A DNA stretch of 32,255 bases from Octopus sinensis (lineage: Eukaryota): positions 1-32,255 of the forward strand of contig NW_021829646.1 in NCBI RefSeq assembly GCF_006345805.1, written 5' to 3'. The position numbers and the translations under genes are program-made. Numbering within the stretch: position 1 is the first letter of the stretch; each line of letters begins with the position of its first letter. A model generated the notes under the pieces. It made no database searches, was not told where the DNA came from, and worked only from the letters and a program-made list of their open reading frames with translations. Shown piece after piece: positions 1 through 11,974 of this stretch.

Positions 1-328
1 CACACACACACGTACACACACAAACACAAACGCGCGCATTTAAAATAGACACACACATACATACATACACACACATACACAATTGCGAACATACACACAC
101 GATCTGTCTTTCCTTTTCTTCTCTGATTCTATTTCGTATCTCTCCTTTTCAAACATAATCCAGACTCTCCCTCTCTCCATTTCACTCTCTCCGTATCTCC
201 CCTTCTCAGACTCTCCCTCTCTCTCCTTCGTTCTCTCTCTCTCTCTATCCATTTCTCTCCTTCTTTCTCTCATAGACATTTTGTTACTTCTGCCTTTGTC
301 CTCACAACCACACACATTTTACAATGAA

Positions 329-336
329 CTTCACTT

Positions 337-380
<44 letters not shown>
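329..380. repeat. (CT)n microsatellite within a CT-rich low-complexity region (~90-870)
   Basis: Direct inspection. Confidence 0.95.
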
Positions 381-387
<7 letters not shown>

Positions 388-919
388 CTACCTATCAATC
401 TGTCTATCTATCTACCTCACATTTTTTTCTGTTCCTCCCTCTTGCTTTTCACCTATCACTTTCTCTCCCTCTCTCTCTTTCTATTTCTCTCCATCTATCT
501 ATCTCTTTATATCGCATATTGCTCTGTTTCCTTGTATCATTTACTCTCTCTCTTGCTTTTCCTCTATCACCCTCTCTCCTCTTCTCTCCCCTCATCTCTC
601 TCTCTCTATCTATTTCCTTATTTATATATCTCTCTATATCTCACTGTACTCATGCAACGCGATTTCTTTCATAGATGCCGTCTTCCTCTCCCTAACGCAT
701 CTGCAATTATACCCTCTCTCTTTCTAAACGTCCCCCCATGCATTTCGGGCTTTATCAGACCAACTCTCCGCCCGTTGTTCCGTCCTCTTCTCTCTCTTCC
801 TCTATCCTTCTCTCTTTCTCTATCTCTATCTTTCCATCTATCTATCTATCTATTTATCTATTTATTTATCTTTCTACTCTTATCAATCAACGCCATCTCT
901 CCTTATTTACATACATTCA

Positions 920-1333
920 TGTATATATACATACATACATACATACACACACACACATATAAACATACATTATAAACATACATGCATACTGCATATATAA
1001 TATATAATATATATATATATATATATTATAAATATTACGAATACACACATATATACATACATACATACATGCATACATATATATATATACTATATATATA
1101 TATTTATATATATATATGTATATATATATATGTATATATATATGTATATATATATATACATACTTGCATATATAAATGTCTACGTACCTGTTTAAATACG
1201 TACAGATTAGGTACATACGTTCCTGCATGCATATATACATACATACATACATACAGACAGACACATACATATAAACATACAAATATACACACACATACAT
1301 ACATACATACCTGCACACACATGCATACGTACA

Positions 1334-1372
<39 letters not shown>
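920..1372. repeat. Compound (ATAC)n/(AT)n/(AC)n microsatellite
   Basis: Direct inspection. Confidence 0.95.
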
Positions 1373-1373
<1 letters not shown>

Positions 1374-2054
1374 CAATGCGCGTGTGTGAATCCTTGTATT
1401 ATTGCCCTCTTTTATCCTCACACTAACACATTTAAAATTACTAACCACTCTCGCTTTCTACTCTCAAGCGAATTCTCACACAATCTCTCTCTCTCTTTTT
1501 CACTCTTTTTCCATCCACACTCTCTCTTACTCTTTCTCTCTATTTCTCTCTCTCTCATTCTTCCTCTTATTGACAAGTTAACCTCTCCAAAGTGCAATGA
1601 CTTCAATTACACCAACAACAGCATGCTGCAGGCTGCTGTTAAGAGCTGACACTGTCACAGAACTTTTAAAACCGCACCACGCCGTCTGAACAACTCAGCT
1701 ACATTTGCTGTAAGCTGACTTTAATTTCTTTACACTTTGATGGACGAACAATTACCGAATCACTACACACCTCCACCTCCCACATTCATTTACTCTCTCC
1801 TTCTCTCATTCTCCTTCTCTCCTTCTTCTCTAATTCTTTCTTTTCTTTTTCTGTTTTCCTTTCTCTTCTTTTTTCTGTTTTCCGTCGTTATTTTTCTTTC
1901 CATGGTTGTTTCTCCATACTACTCGTTTCTTTGCAAATCCATTCCTCTTTCGCTCTTTTTTCGCTCTACTTCTTCTCCTTTTTTTTAATTTATCAATATG
2001 CATTAATATATCCCCGTTGCAATAAATCGATCAGTCTAGCTGCTTACGTAACTA

Positions 2055-2486
2055 TCAATCCATCCATCCATTCATTCATTCATTAATCCATATAGCAATC
2101 CATTTAAGAATCCATCTAAAAATCCACCACTCTATCTCTCTGGCTATCTACCTATCTATCTAATTATCTAGCTATATACTAGCTACCTATCTATCTATCT
2201 CTATATTTCTCTGTTTGTCTACATATCTATCTAATTACCTATCTATCAACTACCTAAATTTCTATTTATCTATCTATAAATCTATCTATCTATCTATTTA
2301 TATATCTATCTAACTATGTATTAATTTAACTATCTATTTATCTATCTATCTATCTATCTATTTATCTATCTTTCTATTTATCTATCTATTTACCTACCTA
2401 TCTATCAATCTATCTATTTATTTATCCATGTATATCTTTATATATATGTGTTCTATATGTATGTGTGAGTGTATGAGTGTGTGCAG

Positions 2487-2526
<40 letters not shown>
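2055..2526. repeat. Degenerate (ATCT)n followed by (GT)n
   Basis: Direct inspection. Confidence 0.9.
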
Positions 2527-2530
<4 letters not shown>

Positions 2531-3707
2531 GGAACATCTTTTTTGTACGGAATTATAGCAAATAAAGAAGGGTTTTGATGACATAAGCCTTTTTTCTTTC
2601 TATTTCCATTTGAATTACCTGCAATCTTTAGAATAATGACGCAAGTAAATGAGACCTTCACCATCTCACCCTCAGAATGGAGTGATTTTGGTGTTAGTTG
2701 CAAGCACTTTGTAATTCGTAAGGTCAATATGATTGGTGCTGACTGACATTAACCCCTGGGCTTAATTTTAACCGTTAGAATTAATCATTACCAATCAAAT
2801 GCTATTTACATGTGACTATATTTTATGGTTTTATATTAGCATCGTCCCGTGCCGCGAATATGAGTTACATAAATAATCACCTGTGTTTGTTTGAGATGCA
2901 GTTGACATGGATTGCATCGGTTACTAACATACCAGTTGTGTGGTGCAGTGCATTGCAATCAGTCCTTGCACATGATGAAACACGAGTGAATGTCGATCCT
3001 CGTTGGTCGATCCAGTATAGCAGCTGTCGTAATGAATATCCACAGAAATTGAAGTCGGTAAAAAACAGTCAGATTAAAAGAAGCAAAAAACAAACTGAAA
3101 ATATTCACTACAAACGAATCAAATAATAGAGGAATCCACAGAACAGAACGAATACTAATCTGCCAGAAGCACTCTAACAAATTAATGGAGAAACCTTGCA
3201 ACATTACGGGTAGAAATACAATTCGAAGTATATATATAACACACGTCAATGACGAAAAATATTCAAAGCACACATAAAGCGTATTATGTGAACCAAATGC
3301 GTTTTAACTATAGAAGATATAAATACATTAGACGCATCATAAATCGTAACGCAAAACGAGTTGCACCAAAGCATAAATTAGTATTGTGTACAATAGAAAT
3401 GGTAAATTTGAAAATGCTTTATCAAAGCCGAAAGGGATCTGGACGAGTGTAGGCCTCAAGCCAAATTGTCGGTGAATATTGTGGTTTAGAAATTTGATTT
3501 AGGGTTAGAGGTAAATATAATTATTGTAAGTGTTTATTTGGTCCTTTCGCCGTCTGGTCCGTGCACAGAGATCAGTTGGTATGGCGTCGGGAGCGGATGG
3601 TGACACATACCTCAGATCAAACACCGAAGCCAGACAGCAAAATATTTCGCATGAATGTACTCACACACTCACACATGCACACAAATACACACACACTTGC
3701 AATGGTG

Positions 3708-3785
3708 ATAGATAGACAGATAGACGGACAGACGGATGGACAGACAGACAGACAGACAGATAGATAAATAGATAGATAGACAGAC

Positions 3786-3852
<67 letters not shown>

Positions 3853-3857
3853 CAGAC

Positions 3858-3888
<31 letters not shown>

Positions 3889-3957
3889 TAGATAGATAGA
3901 CAGACAGACGGACAGATAGATAGATAGACAGACAGATAGATAGACAGACAGACAGAC

Positions 3958-4050
<93 letters not shown>
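3708..4050. repeat. Long (GATA)n/(GACA)n microsatellite
   Basis: Direct inspection. Confidence 0.97.
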
Positions 4051-4709
4051 CATAGGAAATGATGCTTAGAAAACTTAGGCTACATATTGCCATTCTCCAT
4101 ATGTATACATTTGCTTATATTTTTCTGGGTATGATTAAGTATTTCTACTAGTATCATCATTAATATCGTTGTAATATTTTATACTCTAACATAAAACATA
4201 ACGCGTCTCTATAAAATGCGATCTATCACCAAGCACATAGCGCGCAATTTTATGCATGCGCAGACACACCTCAGATTCAGAAAAATTACTATTTAGCTCA
4301 TTTTTTTCTTATCATTTTTCTGCCTTTGCATTCCTATTCTTCATACTTAGCTACGTCTCACCCAGTTCACGTGGTTTACACCCGTTACATGTTTATATAT
4401 ATTTAGGTTAAAATGTACCCAGATATTCGTGCTTCGGTAAAGTCGTATTATTTAGAGACGTACTGAAGTTTGTGAATGTTGTGCATTAAATTAATATTTG
4501 TTGTAATGAAATGAAAACCATTTGCTTTTACATTTATTAATCAATAATTCACATTCGGAAATTTAATCTGCGTAGGCACACCCCATAATTACTACCCAGC
4601 GGGTGCATGTCTGTGAGTGTCTGTGTGCTTGTGTCTGTGTATTCGTATATGTGTAAATATGCTTGTGAGCGTATATATGTATATGAGCATAAATATAGAT
4701 AAACGTAGA

Positions 4710-4715
4710 TATCAC

Positions 4716-4746
<31 letters not shown>

Positions 4747-5097
4747 GTATTCGCACATACCTACACATTTACATACATATGTACATACATAATATATACA
4801 TATATACATACATATGTACATACATAAGTATGCACAACTCTCTAGCTAGCTAACTTGCTACGCAAATGTGTGCGAATCGGGCAAATTGCCGAAGAATTAT
4901 ATCGATTTTTGCCCATTCCATTGTTAATATTCATGCTATATATGCACCTAAGCCTTACCCTTAAACCTAGAAATACATCTTACATACATACACACATACA
5001 CACACACACCTTTATATATATATATATATATATAAAGAGAGAGAGAAAGAGAGAGAGAGACATTTGTGTATATAAATACATACATATATACGTATAT

Positions 5098-5176
<79 letters not shown>

Positions 5177-5195
5177 GTATGTGTGTATATATGCA
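4710..5195. repeat. (AT)n/(ATAC)n/(GA)n microsatellite cluster
   Basis: Direct inspection; a unique spacer lies at about 4830-4975. Confidence 0.85.
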
Positions 5196-6380
5196 TGTGT
5201 GTAAGTGTATTGAAAGATACAGGTAGTGAGAGAAGGGGAAGAGAGGGAGATCAAATATTAGAGCTTTTGTAAAACTAATTTACTATCGAAAATAAGAACA
5301 GCAACGTATTTAGTGCTTCGCAAGCAATTGTTAGTCGTTCACAATTGTATTTGCTGTCTCAAATTAGCTTTGCAAACTTGTAACTTTTAATATCGTTTTA
5401 TTAAAATCATAGCCTTTGACAAATGATATACGCAGAAATGTACATACATACATATATACATACATACATATATACGTAGATATGTTTGTGTGTGTATGTT
5501 TATGGAGGTACTGTCGGGTAATCAAACGAATGAACATGCGCTCACTTCATTATTAGTCTTGCGAAATGATATTTCACTCCTGCTTCGCTGTTGTTGTCGT
5601 ATTACATGACTTAATATAAAGATATGCGTTGTTTTAAATATAAATATACATGTATATATACATTCAGGCATGCATACATATATACAATTACGTAGGTATG
5701 TAAGTATGTATATATATATAGAGAGAGTGAGTTGAGCAAATGTATAGGTACGCTGCTATATGTATATATAGATATTTAAAAAATGGAACAAAAACGCAAT
5801 AGAGGACAATAAACATGAAGACTGTTAGTCAATACAAAAGTAGAGAGGAAAAACAACAATTAGTGCGACAAGAAAGGACGGGTCATTCGTGGCATTCTTT
5901 CATCAGTCAAGTTACCAGATGTCCTTACAGTTTCGGGCAGTTACACTTCAGACTGTTCGATCTGATTGTCCCCCAAAAAGTCTAAGGTAAGAGTATTAGA
6001 TTTTTTTGTAAGAAAGCAAGCGAATGTTTATGACAACAATGAAAAAAACGGAGAATATCTTGCGCAATTACAAATGCAAATAATAAGAATATAACAACAG
6101 GTGTCTTTCGACTGAAGACGAACCAAATTGAGCTGGCGTATATAAATTGAAAGCCTTAAGGCGGGAACATGGGAGATGGACATAAGAGGAGTTGGCGGTC
6201 GGCAGTCAGGCCAAGAAAGAAAAATCATGGCTGGCCGGACACAGGTCACGTGGAAGGAGGAGAGAGGGGTGGCATAATTTTTAAAAAATCAAAGAGACAA
6301 AGGGAAAGGTACAGGGGAGATAAAAGAAGAGGAAAAGTATGAGTTAAAGAAAGAAAGAGTGTGCGGAAAGGAATGCAAGG

Positions 6381-7840
6381 TATCCTGAGAAAGCCTATTC
6401 GTTTGGAAGTATCAGCCTTGCCGTAAGTTCAGTTGTGTGGAGAACAAAACTTGGAGGACAGATATGCGAGAAAGCTGGGAACTTCTTGTGGTATTCTCTG
6501 GCGCTGGAGAAGTCTACTGATCTCTCGAATACGTGTTCATTCGTGATGTTAATTTGGACTTTGAGATCACAGAAGTGTTGACATCGGTTTGTAGCATGCA
6601 GGGACCATCAACTGGAGAAGATATTTTCATGGAAGTGCAGAAAACTTAGCAAGGCTATAAACCTTCAGCGGAATCAGCTACGATGTGTTACAGTTGATGG
6701 AGAAAAAAAACATGACTAGAGTGAGGAAGGGTCTGGTGGGGTAGATCAGGACTAAGCTGGAAGGTCTTCAACTCCTGGGTATTATACATCAGCAAGCACC
6801 CTGTGGGAAAATCTTACATATTACTTGCGTGCTGAAATCAGTCGTTTCTGCGGTGAACTTCATTCGGGATCATGCCCATAATCACAGTCAGTTTCAGGCT
6901 TCTCTTGAAGGAATTGAACCTGAGTTTTGCGATTTGACTTATCGCACAGCAGTGAGGTGGCTCTGCTATGGTAACGTCTTCTTTTCTCTTTATAATCTCC
7001 AAAGAGAAATAGATATTTTCCTCACCGAAAGTGATAGAGCTGCTCCATTTCTGTCAGATCCTACTTGGCTGTCAAAGTTGTCATTTTTGGTTGACATCAC
7101 ATCTCACATGAACGAATTGAACTTGAAACTTCAGGTAAAGGATAACCTTATCTTTGATCTCTTCAAATCATCAAAGGATTTCGGAGAAAGCTATCATTGT
7201 TTGAATCAGAACTGGAAGGAGGAAACTTCTCTCATTTTCGGTGTTTCAAAGAGATTCGCGCTGGAATCGCAGAAGATGTTAACTTTGACTTTACGAATTA
7301 GATTATTCGTGACTTAAATAAGCATATTATGGAGTGATTTTCAGATGTCGACAGAACTGAAAGAGACATTCTTCGATTCCAGAATCCGTTTGATTGTAAG
7401 CATGATGACGTGCCAATAGAACTACAGTTGGTATCCAGTGATATCCAACAAACAAATGGCTTTTATCGGTGAGTGTGTTACATTATAAGGCACAAAAAGA
7501 AAATGACTCACCCCAAACACAACAGAATATGCTTCAACACACGAACTCACATAAAGAATCTTGCAAACCAAATCGAAAAACGAAATCTAATGTGATTATT
7601 TAAGTGAAGCAGCTCTTCGGTTTGAGGGTCAGACTCAACTTAATATCGCGAAAAGCAAAACTTGTTGAATGTTATCGCTGCGTACCTGATAATGTGTTTT
7701 CAAAGTTGAAAAGATTTGCCTCTGTTATGGCATCAGTGCTCGGAACTACTTATGTCTGTGAGCAAACATTTTCAAAAGTGAATAATGTGAAATCATCACA
7801 TTGATTGTAGTTAACTGATAAACATTCGAAAGCAATACTC
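6381..7840 (+). mobile_element. Degenerate hAT-superfamily DNA transposase (SPIN/Charlie/GTF2IRD2-like), pseudogenised
   Basis: Manual translation across frameshifts and stops gives YPEKAYSFGSISL...WYSLALEKSTD (from 6381), VFIRDVNLDFEITEVL...GPSTGEDIF, LRCVTVDG, KGLVG*IRTKLE, IIHQQAPC, then the ORF 6829-7317 segment (VNFIR...YRTAVRWL...WLSKLSFLVDITSHMNELNLKLQ), RFQNPFD...VPIELQL (~7375-7430), and the dimerisation-domain segment KLKRFASVMASVLGTTYVCEQTFSKVNNVKSSH*L*LTDKH (~7700-7830). These motifs match hAT transposases in the expected order. Interrupted at about 7431-7645. No TIRs found. Confidence 0.9.
7461..7596 (+). repeat. Foldback-family repeat arm 1, inserted in the hAT relic
   Basis: 7461-7550 is the near-perfect reverse complement of 7841-7930, and 7461-7528 is similar in the same orientation to 8091-8157. 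Confidence 0.85.
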
Positions 7841-8167
7841 TGAGTTCGTGTGTTGAAGCATATTCTGTTGTGTCTGGGGAGAGTCATTTTTTTTTTGTGC
7901 CCTATAATTTAACACACTCACCAGTAAAATTTCCATCTATTCCTTATTTTCATTTTCCTAATATTTTCTTTGCGTCTTGCAACCTTTTCAATAGCCTTGA
8001 ATATTGAAAAGGTTGCAATAGTCAAGACTATCGAAAAGGTTGCAAGATGCAACGGAAATTGTAGGAAAATAAAAAGGAATAAGTGAAAATTTTACCGGTG
8101 AGTGTGTTAAATTATAAAGCACAAAAAGAAAACGACGCTTTCCAGACACAACAGAATCACATTAGAT
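7841..8167. repeat. Long inverted repeat / foldback element (arm 2 at 7841-7993 reverse; arm 3 at 8033-8157 forward) with a duplicated hairpin tip
   Basis: The reverse complement of 7862-7989 aligns along its length with 8033-8157 (roughly 80% identity by eye). The centre has perfect pairings 7977-7993/8002-8018 (17 bp) and 7975-7989/8033-8047 (15 bp). Confidence 0.9.
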
Positions 8168-8885
8168 CCCTATATAGCAATACAATCTCTATAGTTAATA
8201 GGGTAGCCTCTTCACCACTTACGTTTGACTCTGTCACGTATTGTTTTCACTGTAGATGTCGCCAGCTTTAATGTTATTGTAGCGAAGTCTGTGATTTGTC
8301 ACTCGCACATAAAGCATTGTAAATACGTCAAGTTTAATATCCAGTGCCATGTTTTTACCTTTTCTTTTTGCACTAATGTCTTTAGTTGTTCTTAATGGGT
8401 TTTTTTTTTATTATTTTACTCCAGACGTCTATAATAGGTAAATCAAAATCGGACAGAGAACCATAATTATCCTTAAAAATAAAAAATGAAAAATAACCCG
8501 AGGAAGAACAACTGTTTTGTGAGAGAAACATACATCTTGTTACTGTGAATGTAAAAGTGGAGATACGAGAAAACAAGAGAGAAGGAGATGTGAGAATGAA
8601 GAATTAATTGAAGGATTACAAGACTCTTGGTCACTTAACACTTTACACCACCGATGTTTGACCAAAAATTCTAAATTCTAAAACCGCCAACAAATACACA
8701 TACACACTTAAACACACTTCGCTGTGGTGACATAAAACATATGGAGCTACATACGTTGCTAGCTTGCCGATGCTGTAACCATTTCAATTAGTTATGTGTT
8801 GGTAGTGGTCGTGGTGGTGTGTTGTAATGGTGATGGTTGTTGTTGTTGTTGTTAAGCAACAAGACGGGTAAGGATGATTAGATGA

Positions 8886-9075
8886 TGGTCTACGGCTGAG
8901 GGACGGGAGACCCCAGACCTAGGCAAAAAAAAAAAACTTTGGCCGTCTTGTTGTAGTCGAGGGCTCTTCGTTGACGTCCGACACCACTGGGAGGTGGCCC
9001 TCGATGACGCCAGAAATGAAGATCTCCAGGTCCAGATTCTTGAACGGCTGTCGATGATGATGATGATGATGATGA
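8886..9075 (+). mobile_element. Possible 3' end of a non-LTR retrotransposon followed by a (GAT)n tail
   Basis: A stop-free frame from 8886 reads ...ETPDLG(KKKK)LWPSC...HWEVALDDARNEDLQVQILERL and runs into (GAT)n at about 9054-9075. It loosely resembles C-termini of some LINE ORF2 proteins; this is recalled similarity only. Confidence 0.3.
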
Positions 9076-9134
9076 TACTGGTTCTAGCAATACCGGAGTT
9101 GATAATTCTTTGAGAACATCAGTATCGGTAAGAA

Positions 9135-9295
9135 TGGTTGTGGTGGTGGTGGTGGTGATGGTGGGGTCGGCGTTGGTGGTAGTGGTGTTGGAATTAGTTA
9201 GTGGTGGTGATAGTTGTGGTGGTTATGGTAGTTGTGGTGGTTGTGTTAGTTGTGGTGGTTGTGGTAGTTGTGGGTGGTTGTGGTAGTAGTGATGT
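9135..9295. repeat. (GGT/GTT/AGT)n trinucleotide low-complexity tract
   Basis: Direct inspection. Confidence 0.9.
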
Positions 9296-9839
9296 TGGGA
9301 TATTGCCGACGGTGTTGACAGACAATTTTTTTAATTGCATTTTTGTTGGTGTTTTGTCCCAAGTCAGCTCTCTTTTTTAAAACACAATACCACACAACAA
9401 CACAGTCTTCAACGACTGTTTTTCAGCTTGGAAAAAAAGTGATTATTTTCTTCATAATATGATTGATGACTTTGGTAGTTGTGTCGGTGTGAATAACAGA
9501 TTATGTTGGTGGCGAGAGTAAAGGTCGATATACACACATACGTAATATATATATATATATATGTGTGGGGGTGCGGTGTATGAGTATGTGTCAGCGTGTA
9601 TGTATATCGACCTTTGTATCGCGGTATGTGATTGTGTATCCCGTTACTAACGACTGATTGGGAAATAGATACACGTTTTGTATGCGAATATATGTGTGTA
9701 TTGAATACGTTTGCATATAAGTATGTATCTACCAAGATACCTATCTGTCTGTCAAAGCCAGTCATCTTTCTCTCTCTCTCTAGTTATCTATACCTATTTA
9801 CATTTCGCTCTATGCATGTATGCTTGCACATTTATACAT

Positions 9840-9889
9840 ATGTTATATATATTATATATATTATATATATATATTATATATATTATATA

Positions 9890-9947
<58 letters not shown>

Positions 9948-10112
9948 TGTATAATATATATATATATTATATATATATATATATACATATATTTCGTTTT
10001 TGGATTGGGTAAGATTCTTCATAAGGCACAAAAGGGAAATGACTTACCCCAGGCACAACAGTATATATATGATGTGTGTGTATGTGCTTGTGTGTTTGTG
10101 TGCGAAATATAC

Positions 10113-10164
<52 letters not shown>

Positions 10165-10289
10165 CATATATACTTATATATACATATATATATACATGTA
10201 TATGTATGTATATGTCTATGTATGTATATATATGTTTATATATATATAATATTATATATATATATATATGTGTGTGTGTGTGGTGTAGT

Positions 10290-10323
<34 letters not shown>

Positions 10324-10385
10324 TACTTATATATACATATATATATACCTGTATATGTATTATATGTCTATGTATGTATATATAT

Positions 10386-10422
<37 letters not shown>

Positions 10423-10560
10423 GTGTGTATGTATATATGTATGTATATATATATATATATAATATATATATATATATATGTATATATATACATACATATA
10501 TATATATGCATACATGCATACATAGACTGAAAGACAGACAGATAGATAGATAAACAGATA
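9840..10560. repeat. Large (AT)n-rich compound microsatellite region
   Basis: Direct inspection; contains the 9991-10061 repeat fragment and an internal duplication of about 155 bp. Confidence 0.92.
9991..10061. repeat. Rearranged fragment of the foldback-family repeat
   Basis: 9991-10019 resembles the reverse complement of 7554-7586. 10020-10061 (cataaggcacaaaagggaaatgacttaccccaggcacaacag) resembles 7484-7525 in forward orientation. Confidence 0.7.
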
Positions 10561-11084
10561 TGGATATGGATAGATTTAGATACAGAGAGATTAATCGTTA
10601 CATGTATACATACAAATATAATCAATACTTAAATACACAGATAGTCACATTCCAAATGTATATCGATCTATCTCCCGAAAGGCCATCAGTGACGAATACA
10701 CAAGCATTTGCATACGCCAATGTGCGTGCGCGTGCTTGTGTGTGCGTGCACGCATGTGCATGTATGTGCTCGCGCGGCGATTATGTGTGTGTGTGTGTGC
10801 GCGCATGCATGTGTGTGTGTCTATGTGTGTGTTTGTGTGGGCCTATTTGAGCGCGTGTCTTGAGGTTACAGGTTTTCAAATTGTCTGCGAAATATTGAAA
10901 GCAGTTTAGCATAAGAAGAGAGAATGGCTTTTAAACTGTTAAAATTATTCCGAGAGTCATTCAATACCGTAATTACAGACAACATCCTGACATTACCGGT
11001 CAAACTTACAAAATGAGGTGGTCGCGAAGCAAGAGATGTTTGTTTATATGTATATATATATATATATAATATATATATATATAT

Positions 11085-11240
11085 AATAATAAATATTAGG
11101 GAATAAATCCAAATTTACAGGGAAAAATCAGATTTAGGACTGAATCCAATTTTATAGTAAAATATTATATAATATTAATTAGAGACAAAACCACTATTAT
11201 GCAAATCAAACAAAGAAAGACTTAATCCAATGCATAAAAA
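11085..11240 (+). repeat. Dispersed AT-rich repeat, copy A (next to (TA)n)
   Basis: Aligns with the reverse complement of 24631-24792 (agggaataaatccaaatttacagggaaaaatcagatttagga...agagacaaaaccactatt). Confidence 0.85.
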
Positions 11241-11374
11241 ATGTGTGTGTGTATGTGTAAATGTATGTATACATGTGTGTGTGCTTATGTATATATATAT
11301 ATTTTATATGCATACATACACACGAAATCAAATACTTTAGTGTGTGCGCGCGCTTGCGTATACACACACACACA

Positions 11375-11453
<79 letters not shown>

Positions 11454-11664
11454 TATGTACATATACCGAGAGACAAATGATTATTTTTACGAGAATGATA
11501 TATTTCGATGTGAATAGTTGTTGTCTTAGTTCCATTTAAGATTTCGTCAAATAAAGTTGGTGTCTCCAAGTCGTATTTTCACGCACGTGCACACACACAC
11601 ACAAACACACACACATACACACACATATACATACGCATCAAAAGTTTTCGGTTCTCCGGCAGTT

Positions 11665-11858
11665 ACAGCGAAGAGTGTTCCAGTTAATCCGATCAACTGA
11701 ACATCCTACCCGTGTAGCTAAAATGGAAAGGGCTGAGCACTCCAGAGACTCGCGTGCACTCCACGCAGTTCCCGCGAGATTCAGCATGACTCAGAATGTG
11801 ACAAGCCTGACTCCTATGAATTACAGGTACAACATATTTTTACCAGCTGGGGCAACAT
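11665..11858 (-). mobile_element. Degenerate SINE 3' fragment (tail shared with the 27582-27971 SINE; short central module like the 21100 SINE)
   Basis: 11665-11832 aligns with 27615-27775 (gctgagcactcca, attcagc, tacaggtacaac). The minus strand of 11833-11858 resembles gttgctccag...ctgtagaaacgagttg in the 21100-21367 copy. Confidence 0.7.
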
Positions 11859-11974
11859 AAAAAAAAAATAACAGTTTATGTTTTAGGCAGGATATGATTG
11901 TAATAAGAGTTATTGACATATAAAAATGGCAATATTTACAGATATGATTGAAGAAAACAAAGCACTAGATCAAT

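Noticed and set aside
3500-3510. ttagggttag telomere-like motif
   Set aside because: Fewer than two full units; not an interstitial telomeric array.
5880-5995. Donor-like AAG|GTAAGA near 5988
   Set aside because: No acceptor or meaningful reading frame upstream; isolated donors are expected by chance.
8018-8047. atagtcaagactatcGAAA considered as a hammerhead stem II
   Set aside because: No CUGANGA core upstream on either strand.
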